Shown piece after piece: positions 57,422 through 64,000 of a stretch of DNA of 64,000 bases (positions are counted from its first letter, which is position 1; each line of letters starts with the position of its first letter). The notes under the pieces were generated by a model. It was not told the origin of the DNA and did no database searches. It was given only the letters and a program-made list of their open reading frames with translations. The DNA is taken from contig CAVXPZ010000001.1 in NCBI GenBank assembly GCA_963763775.1, positions 832,001 through 896,000 of the forward strand, written 5' to 3'. This DNA comes from an uncultured Chloroflexia bacterium (GTDB lineage Bacteria; Chloroflexota; Limnocylindria; Limnocylindrales; CSP1-4). A program made the translations under genes and the position numbers.

Positions 57422-57829
57422 ATGGCCAAGCGCCGCCGCGGCTCCCGGTCCGCCATCCGCCGGTCGCAGCACCGGCCGTTCGAGGTCCTCGTCGACCGCG
57501 CGCTGGCGTCGATCCCGATGCCGTTCGCGACCGCGCTCGACGAAGTCGCGGTCGTCATCGCCGACGAGCCGACGCCGGACCAGCGCCGCGAGAACGGGCT
57601 CGAGGGGGATGACACGCTCTACGGGCTGTACGAGGGCGTCCCGCGGACCGACTGGGGAGCCGATGGCGTCGCCATCCCGGACCGGATCATCCTGTTCCGG
57701 CTGCCGTTGGAGGCGGACTTCCCGGACCCCGACGACCTCGCCGACGAGGTCTGGATCACCGTCGTCCATGAGTTGGCCCACCACTTGGGCATCGACGACG
57801 ACCGCCTGGCCGAACTCGGCGTCGACTGA
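57422..57829 (+). CDS. Zincin-like (Zincin_1) metallopeptidase
   Basis: LYGLYEGVP, PDRIILFR and VVHELAHHLGIDDDRL. Confidence 0.9.
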   Translation: MAKRRRGSRSAIRRSQHRPFEVLVDRALASIPMPFATALDEVAVVIADEPTPDQRRENGLEGDDTLYGLYEGVPRTDWGADGVAIPDRIILFRLPLEADFPDPDDLADEVWITVVHELAHHLGIDDDRLAELGVD

Positions 57830-57848
57830 CGGACGGTCGACCGCCCGG

Positions 57849-58910
57849 TCAGGCGCTCACGCCGGCGATGAGCGCCACGATGAGCAGCAGCACGAGCCAG
57901 GCCACGACGATGCCCAGCCACATCGATCGCGTGATGACCCGGAACCGCCGCCGTCCCGCCAGCACCACGCCGGGATCGTGGTCCCGGCCCACGCGCACAT
58001 GGTCCAGACCGAGCGTCGCGTGCGTCAGCCCCACGAACATCACGACCTGCGGGGCCAGCGACAGGGCGGTGACCGTGAACAGGAGCGTGCCGAACGCGAA
58101 CGTCGCGACGACGATCCCCGCGGTGATCAGCACGAGGCCCGCAGGACCCGAGTCGGGTCCGAGACCGAGGCCGTCGAAGACCCGCAGGGCGATGTCGAGC
58201 CCGGCGCTCAGCCCCAGGAGGATCAGCAGGAGCGCCGCGGTCTCGAAGAGCGCGACGACGACGGCCGCGACCTTGCGCGCGCGGTAGACGCGGAACGACC
58301 GCCGGGTCGCCTCGATGGCATCGACGTCGCCGAGCACGATCCCGCTCTGGACGTAGGTGAACGGCGCGCCGACGAGCGCGGTGGCGAGGATGATCGCGAG
58401 GAACGAGCCCTCGCCGCCGAGCGGCACCGCCCCGGCAAGCATCGCGGTGAAGACCCCTTGGACCACGGCGAGGGGGATCCCCGCCACGATCCCGCCCACG
58501 ATGGCTCGCCAGAACACCATGCGCGACCGCGCGATGGCCTGGTGGACGCTGATGGGGCGCCCGGCGAGACGGCCGCCGAGCAGCGCGATGGCGACGAGAC
58601 GGCTCTCGATGGCCGCGATCGCGAGGCCGAGGACCATCGGCCACGCGAGGACGTCGTCCCAGGCGCCGGCCGCGGACGTCGTGAGCGCCGTGGTCTGGGC
58701 GACCGTGAGATGGATCGTGCGCACCTGGATGACCCACGTCGCGAGCGCGAACGGCGCGACGAGTCCCAGCACGATCGCGCCGATGTAGAACGACGCCCGA
58801 CGGGTCTCCTCGGTCGCCTGGGCGAGCAGGTCGAAACTCGCCCCGATGAGGTGTCTCGTCGTCTCCAGGCGAGGCGTCGTCGACACAGGGGCGACGATCC
58901 CCTCGGTCAT
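57849..58910 (-). CDS. Hypothetical multi-pass membrane protein
   Basis: About seven hydrophobic segments with AIARS / ATRRSF pseudo-repeats; coupled to the upstream gene by ATGA. Confidence 0.7.
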   Translation of the reverse strand: MTEGIVAPVSTTPRLETTRHLIGASFDLLAQATEETRRASFYIGAIVLGLVAPFALATWVIQVRTIHLTVAQTTALTTSAAGAWDDVLAWPMVLGLAIAAIESRLVAIALLGGRLAGRPISVHQAIARSRMVFWRAIVGGIVAGIPLAVVQGVFTAMLAGAVPLGGEGSFLAIILATALVGAPFTYVQSGIVLGDVDAIEATRRSFRVYRARKVAAVVVALFETAALLLILLGLSAGLDIALRVFDGLGLGPDSGPAGLVLITAGIVVATFAFGTLLFTVTALSLAPQVVMFVGLTHATLGLDHVRVGRDHDPGVVLAGRRRFRVITRSMWLGIVVAWLVLLLIVALIAGVSA

Positions 58911-59938
58911 GTCGAGGCGCCCGGGAGGGTCGCAGCCTCCGCGAGGAGGGCACCGAGCCGGCTCACCTCCACGTTGCCGCCCGACAGGACGACCGCGACG
59001 CGGTCGCCGTCGCGGAGCGGGATCCGGCCCGCGAGGACCGCCGCGAGCGCGGCCGCCCCGGCAGGTTCCACGACCTGCTTGAGCCGTTCGAGCGCGAAGC
59101 GGAGCCCGGCCAGGATCGTGGCATCGTCGAGCAGGACGATCCCGTCGAGCCAGCGGTTCGCCATCGCGAGCGTCAGCTCCCCGGCGAACGGCGCGCCCAG
59201 CCCGTCCGCCACGCTCACGGGCTGGATCCGCACGACCTCGCCGCGGGCCATCGCGAGCGATACGGCGTTCGACCCCTCCGGCTCGACGCCAAAGACGCGC
59301 GCGGAGGGCCGACGGCCCTTCACGGCCGCGGCCACGCCGGAGATCAGTCCCCCGCCGCCGACGCCGACCACCACGACGTCCACATCCGGGACGTCCTCGA
59401 CGATCTCCAGCCCGACCGAGCCGTTCCCCGCGACGACCGCGGCATCGTCGAACGGGTGCACGAACGTGAGGCCCTCCTCGTCCCGGAGGCGCTCCAGCTC
59501 CGCGAGGGTCTCGCCGACGTGCTCGCCATAGAGGACGACCCGTGCGCCGTACCCGAGACAGGCGTCCACCTTGGACCGAACGGCACCCGCCGGCATCGTC
59601 ACCGTCACCGGGACGCCCGCGGCGCGACCGGCCCAGGCGTACGCCTGCCCGGCGTTGCCGGCGGACAGCGTGATCACGCCGCGCGCACGGGCCGCCTCGG
59701 TCAGGGTCGCGATCCGGTTCGACATGCCCCGGGCCTTGAACGAGCCGGTCTTCTGGAGTTGCTCGGCCTTGAGATGGAGGCGGCCGTCGCCGATCTCGAC
59801 GCCGGAGGCGGCCGCGATCCAGCGGGCAGCCGTCGTGGACGTCAGCAGCGGGGTCCGATGGACCAGCCCGGCGATCCGGGCACGCGCGGCCTCGATCTCG
59901 GCGAGGGTGACATCAGCGGCATCCACGGTCGGTGACAT
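58907..59938 (-). CDS. PLP-dependent threonine/serine dehydratase (catabolic type, no ACT domain)
   Basis: LKAEQLQKTGSFKARG, SAGNAGQ, VGGGGLISG, EPAGA and LSGGN. Confidence 0.92.
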   Translation of the reverse strand: MSPTVDAADVTLAEIEAARARIAGLVHRTPLLTSTTAARWIAAASGVEIGDGRLHLKAEQLQKTGSFKARGMSNRIATLTEAARARGVITLSAGNAGQAYAWAGRAAGVPVTVTMPAGAVRSKVDACLGYGARVVLYGEHVGETLAELERLRDEEGLTFVHPFDDAAVVAGNGSVGLEIVEDVPDVDVVVVGVGGGGLISGVAAAVKGRRPSARVFGVEPEGSNAVSLAMARGEVVRIQPVSVADGLGAPFAGELTLAMANRWLDGIVLLDDATILAGLRFALERLKQVVEPAGAAALAAVLAGRIPLRDGDRVAVVLSGGNVEVSRLGALLAEAATLPGAST

Positions 59939-59975
59939 GCGGCGGAGTATCGCACCCGATACGCGCCCAGCTGAC

Positions 59976-60004
59976 TTGCGTGTTTGCGCAAATAGTGATA
60001 GATT
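59976..60004 (+). promoter_or_regulatory. Sigma70 promoter with palindromic operator for arsR-trxA
   Basis: TTGCGT-N17-TAGATT with the palindrome TTTGCGCAAA (59983-59992) in the spacer; the GTG is 7 nt downstream. Confidence 0.65.
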
Positions 60005-60011
60005 TCGGGTT

Positions 60012-60311
60012 GTGTTGGACTACCTGCCAGTCTCCGCCGAGGTCGACCGGGAGCGGTACGCCGCCATCGGCCGGGCCCTCGCGGACCCCAAGCGCCTGTG
60101 CGTCCTCGAGTCGCTCGCCATCGGCGAGCTCTCGGTCAGCGACCTCAGCACGAGGGTCGGCTGCCAGGTGCCCAACATGAGCCAGCATCTGGCCGTGCTG
60201 CGCAACGCCGGGCTGGTCACCAGCCGGCGCGAGGGCAGCACCATCCTCTACCGCCTCGCGGACGCACGCGTCCTCGAGGCCTATCGACTCATCCAGGACA
60301 TCGCCCGCTAA
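60012..60311 (+). CDS. ArsR/SmtB-family transcriptional regulator
   Basis: RALADPKRL..ELSVSDL..NMSQHLAVLRNAGLVTSRREG. Confidence 0.9.
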   Translation: MLDYLPVSAEVDRERYAAIGRALADPKRLCVLESLAIGELSVSDLSTRVGCQVPNMSQHLAVLRNAGLVTSRREGSTILYRLADARVLEAYRLIQDIAR

Positions 60312-60340
60312 GGGCGAGACGGGAGAAAGGATCCATCCGA

Positions 60341-60685
60341 ATGGCGGAGATCAAGGTCGCGACGGACGCGAATTTCGAGGAGCTCGTCCTCAAGGCTGAG
60401 CGGCCGGTCGTGGTCGACTTCTGGGCCGCCTGGTGCGGCCCCTGCAAGATGGTCGCCCCCGAGATGGAGAAGCTCGCCGAGAAGTACGACGGGGCGGTCG
60501 ATGTCGTCAAGGTCGACGTCGACGCGAACCCGCGGCTGTCCCAGGCCTTCAACATCCTGAGCATCCCGACCATCGCGTTCTTCAAGCCCGGCGCCCAGCC
60601 GCAGGGCGTGGTCGGCTTCCGACCGCTCGAGCAGCTCGAGCAGCAGTTCAACCTCAGCGAGTTCGCGGCCGTCAAGGCCGACTGA
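60341..60685 (+). CDS. trxA: Thioredoxin
   Basis: VVVDFWAAWCGPCK, KVDVD and SIPT. Confidence 0.96.
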   Translation: MAEIKVATDANFEELVLKAERPVVVDFWAAWCGPCKMVAPEMEKLAEKYDGAVDVVKVDVDANPRLSQAFNILSIPTIAFFKPGAQPQGVVGFRPLEQLEQQFNLSEFAAVKAD

Positions 60686-60706
60686 CCCGGTCCTCCTCCT
60701 CCCGCG

Positions 60707-60738
60707 ACGGCCCCGGTCCGCAAGGATCGGGGCCGTTC
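60707..60738 (+). terminator. Hairpin after trxA (possibly bidirectional terminator)
   Basis: ACGGCCCCGGTCC-GCAA-GGATCGGGGCCGT between convergent genes. Confidence 0.7.
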
Positions 60739-60771
60739 GATTCCCGGCGCCCCTGCGCGGGAGATCGGCGG

Positions 60772-61077
60772 TCAGCGGGCGGCGGCGCGCCTCGCGGCCG
60801 AGCCCAGCCAGGCGACCGCCCGGTCCGCGGCGTGCTCGTCGAGCTCCTCGGGCGCGAACCGCACCCAGTCCGGGCCGCGGTCCGAAGGCGACGTGTCCGG
60901 CGTCCGGCGTGCGGCCGCGGCGACGGCCGGGTCCAGCCGGAATTCGGCGGCGCCCTCCGACGTGACGACGGCGATCACCGTGTCGCCGACCCGGAAGGTG
61001 GCACCGGCACCGTCCCGGACCGTCCTGACGCCGTCGAGCTCGTCGGCCGCGTCGTCGAGCAGGTCGCCCAGGGTCAC
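60772..61077 (-). CDS. Small hypothetical protein (luciferase-like/YjbR-like fold possible)
   Basis: The GTG overlaps the upstream stop; TFRVGDTVIA..AEFRL..DWVRF with good codon bias. Confidence 0.6.
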   Translation of the reverse strand: MTLGDLLDDAADELDGVRTVRDGAGATFRVGDTVIAVVTSEGAAEFRLDPAVAAAARRTPDTSPSDRGPDWVRFAPEELDEHAADRAVAWLGSAARRAAAR

Positions 61078-61556
61078 TCGCGGGCCGCCGCGAGGATGAC
61101 CCGCAGATCCGCGACGTGCTCGCGGTAGTGGTCCACGGTCTCGCCGTCGAACCAGGCCATGTAGGTCGGATGCTTGACCCAGCGCGCCTCGGGGACGACC
61201 GTGAGCGTGCCGCGCAGCTCGCCGGGCAAGGACCGGAACGTCGCCCGGAGCTCGTCGAGCGGCATCGCCGCCCATGTCGCCTGGATCTCCGCGTTCACGA
61301 CGTCGCCGCCGCGCGCTTCCCAATCGGCGTCGACCCGGGCGATCGTCGGGCTCGTCTCCCCCACGGCGAGTTCGCGCGCCGCATCGAGCGAGAGCGCCTG
61401 GCAGGCCGCCAGGTGCGCCATCAGATCCCGGCCGGTCCAGCCGTGGGCACCGTCCACCACCTGCTCGAGTGCGGCGTCGGAGAGGTCCGCGAGCGCCTGG
61501 AAGGGCACCCACCCCTCATGCTCCTCCTCGAGGAATTCCATCGCGTCTAGGTACAT
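61074..61556 (-). CDS. DinB/ClbS-like four-helix-bundle protein
   Basis: GWTGRDLMAHL and ETVDHYREH. Confidence 0.75.
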   Translation of the reverse strand: MYLDAMEFLEEEHEGWVPFQALADLSDAALEQVVDGAHGWTGRDLMAHLAACQALSLDAARELAVGETSPTIARVDADWEARGGDVVNAEIQATWAAMPLDELRATFRSLPGELRGTLTVVPEARWVKHPTYMAWFDGETVDHYREHVADLRVILAAARE

Positions 61557-61599
61557 GACCGCATGGTAGTCGCGACGGCACCGGTCTAGAGTCGCGTTC

Positions 61600-63645
61600 G
61601 TGAAGCCGCCCGGCGACTACCAGTCGACCCCGATCTCGGACGACGCCCGACGGACGCCCGTCCAGGAGGCGGCCGCCGACGCGGTCGCCCCGGCCCAGCC
61701 GACCCCGGCGGTGGCGGCGGGCGCGGCTCCGGACGGCGAGCCGCCGCCGATCGCGGCCCGGACCGGCGTGGTGTTCGTGCACGGGATCGGGACGCAGGGC
61801 CCCGCCGAGACCTTCCTCGACTGGTCCGCGCCGATCGTCGAGCTGCTGACCGACTGGCGGACCGCGCGCGACGCGACGTCCGGCGCGCCACCGGCCGCCG
61901 GACTGTCCGACCCGGTGCGACGGGCCGAATTCAGCTTCAACGCAGCGTCACAGCCCTATCTGGAGCTCTCGATCCCGGCGGATGGGGACATCGCCGCATC
62001 GACGTGGGTCGTCACGGAGGCGTGGTGGGCCTCCGACATCCGCCCGCCCGACATCGGGCGGGTCATCGACTACCTGCGCCGACGCATGAACACGCTGGTG
62101 ACCGGGATCGTGACCGGGTACCGCGAGCGGGCGCCACGCCTCCTCGGGATGGCGAATGACGCCGCCCTGGTCGACGCCGCGCAGCTCCCTCGGTCGTGGC
62201 GGCTCATCGAGCGACTCGACCAGGCGCAGGCCATGGCCTTCGGCGCGCGCCCGATCGGCTGGGCGATCGCCGGCGCCGGCACGGCCGCGCTGATCGGGTA
62301 CGACCTGCTCCGGCGGATCCCGATCGGCGCCCTCCAGGACTTCGCCGTCCGCAAGATGGTCGACAACTTCCTCGTGGACTGGTTCGGCGACCTGCCCGTC
62401 CTCATCGACGATCCGGTCCAGAGCGCGAACGTCCGCGCCCGCCTCGCCGGCGCCATCCGGCGGCTTCGCGACGACGGGTGCGATGCCATCGTCCTCGTCG
62501 CCCACTCCGGTGGGGCCCTCGTCAGCTTCGAGACGCTGCTGGACCCCGCCTACGCGGACCTGCGGGTCGACAAGCTCGTGACCCTTGGCCAGGGCCTGGG
62601 GCTCGCGTGGCGGCTCGCCGCGGACCCCGAGGTCCACGAGATCCCGCCCGGGAGCCGGCTCGTCGGCGACCTGGCCGCGGTCCGGCCGGACCTGCGCTGG
62701 GTGGATGTGTGGGCTTCCTACGACCCGGCCCCGGCCGGTCCGCTCCCGACGCGGAGCGGCCTGTTCGAGTCGGCGGATGAGTCCGCCGCGATCGTGGACA
62801 CCGGGCAGCCCGGCGAGGAACCGTGGCTCATCCGCAAAGAGGCGCGGACTTCGGACGACACGGTCGCCGCCTTCGTCGAGGCGTCCGCGCTCGATCCGGG
62901 CGCGAAGCGGATCATCGTCGAGAGCCGACCGGTCACGAACGAGATGAACGTCCTCACCGACCATGGCGGGTACTGGGCGAACCCCGAGGGGTTCCTCGTC
63001 CCGCTCGTCCGGCACATCGACGCCGCGCGAGGCGACGCCGTGGCGTCGCGGTTCTACCGGGACCCGGCGCTCCGGACGCGGCGCATCGTCTGGCGACGGC
63101 AACGGGTCGCCGCCCTCGCGGCCTGGGGCTGGCTGTGCTCGCTGGCGGCGGCGGCCACCGTCGCGGCCCTGGTGATCCTCGGCATCCTCGGCGAGCCGCG
63201 GCTCGCGAACGCCGGCAACGCCCTGGCCGCGGCGTGGTCGCTCATCCCGGGCCACCAGATCATCTCCGGCCCGATCGACGGCATCGGCGCGCTCGTCCAG
63301 GGCCTCGCCGACGCCGTCGGCCTCGGCGACCAGGTCGCCTGGCTCGCATCGTTCGGCCCCTCGCTCGTCGCGGTCGCCTTCACCGTCGTGCTGTTCTACG
63401 TGCTGGCCAAGATCGGCACCGGCCGATGGCACGACTGGGACGTCCGCGAGCGACGCGCGATGCTTCCCGAGGTCCCGACGCTCCCCGACCGGTCCAAGGC
63501 CGCGGCACAGTCGATCGCGCTCGTCGGCGGACTCGCCGGGCTGGTCCTTGGCACGTTCGGCCTCGGGATCCCGATGGTGCTGGCGATCGCCGTCGCGGCC
63601 GTGGCCGGGACCCTGGTCTGGGCCGCACACCCGTTCCACGGCTGA
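61600..63645 (+). CDS. Membrane-anchored alpha/beta-hydrolase (lipase-like) protein
   Basis: VVFVHGIGTQ, VLVAHSGG, KLVTLG, WVDVWASYDP, DHGGYW and C-terminal TM helices. Confidence 0.65.
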   Translation: MKPPGDYQSTPISDDARRTPVQEAAADAVAPAQPTPAVAAGAAPDGEPPPIAARTGVVFVHGIGTQGPAETFLDWSAPIVELLTDWRTARDATSGAPPAAGLSDPVRRAEFSFNAASQPYLELSIPADGDIAASTWVVTEAWWASDIRPPDIGRVIDYLRRRMNTLVTGIVTGYRERAPRLLGMANDAALVDAAQLPRSWRLIERLDQAQAMAFGARPIGWAIAGAGTAALIGYDLLRRIPIGALQDFAVRKMVDNFLVDWFGDLPVLIDDPVQSANVRARLAGAIRRLRDDGCDAIVLVAHSGGALVSFETLLDPAYADLRVDKLVTLGQGLGLAWRLAADPEVHEIPPGSRLVGDLAAVRPDLRWVDVWASYDPAPAGPLPTRSGLFESADESAAIVDTGQPGEEPWLIRKEARTSDDTVAAFVEASALDPGAKRIIVESRPVTNEMNVLTDHGGYWANPEGFLVPLVRHIDAARGDAVASRFYRDPALRTRRIVWRRQRVAALAAWGWLCSLAAAATVAALVILGILGEPRLANAGNALAAAWSLIPGHQIISGPIDGIGALVQGLADAVGLGDQVAWLASFGPSLVAVAFTVVLFYVLAKIGTGRWHDWDVRERRAMLPEVPTLPDRSKAAAQSIALVGGLAGLVLGTFGLGIPMVLAIAVAAVAGTLVWAAHPFHG

Positions 63646-63660
63646 GCCGGGCGGCCGCCC

Positions 63661-64000
63661 CTAGACCGCGACCGGCTCCCGGTATTCCCCGAAGACCTCG
63701 CGCAACACCGCGCATTGCTCGCCGAGCGTCGCATATGCCGCCGCGCAGCGGAGGAAGTGCGGCATGAGGTTGGTCTCGCTGCTCCCGGGGCGAGTCGCGG
63801 CGGCGCGAAGGCCGGCCAGGGCGGCCCCCACGGCCTCGGGGTCGCGATCGCGGCGAGTGCGCTCGAGGCGCGCCATGTGGGCCTCGAAGGAGCCCGGCGG
63901 CACCTGCAGGACCGGCACCTCGGTGACCTCGGTCTCGTCGACGTAGGCGTTGACACCCACGACCCGGCGCTCGCCGGCGTCGAACTCGCGCTGATACCGA
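63661..64000 (-). CDS. Methylmalonyl-CoA mutase-family large subunit (3' end only)
   Basis: GERRVVGVNAY, NLMP...AYATLGE..VLREVFGEYREP. Confidence 0.9.
   Translation of the reverse strand, partial: RYQREFDAGERRVVGVNAYVDETEVTEVPVLQVPPGSFEAHMARLERTRRDRDPEAVGAALAGLRAAATRPGSSETNLMPHFLRCAAAYATLGEQCAVLREVFGEYREPVAV

Overview
A very GC-rich bacterial chromosome segment with no CRISPR array, rRNA, transposase or integrase. Gene content and promoter style suggest a monoderm Chloroflexota/Actinomycetota-type organism (inference). Scattered single-base insertions break or fuse about ten otherwise intact genes, most likely long-read or low-coverage errors, so several ORF-track entries are chimeras. In order, the window holds: a form II coxSLM-type molybdenum hydroxylase cluster with coxD/coxE; a MetE-like protein; a TPR-rhomboid protease; two tandem orphan tadE-tadE-tadG minor-pilin cassettes, each behind the same ~100-bp control region; an SRAP peptidase; two convergent ECF sigma/anti-sigma modules, one SigK/RskA-like and one built around DDHG-repeat proteins; an M16 peptidase pair; an ArsR regulator flanked by twin operators; a CopC locus; carAB under a tandem PyrR-type attenuator; tRNA-Lys(CTT) preceded by a candidate structured RNA; an RCK-domain protein; a GT-C-like membrane protein; a B12-mutase/MeaB/thiolase/MMPL/ALDH block; an ABC exporter with a MarR fusion regulator; folE; several hydrolases; ArsR-trxA; and the 3' end of a methylmalonyl-CoA mutase gene. 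The best leads are the twin pilus-tip cassettes, the DDHG-repeat ECF system, the candidate ncRNA upstream of tRNA-Lys and the double PyrR loop.
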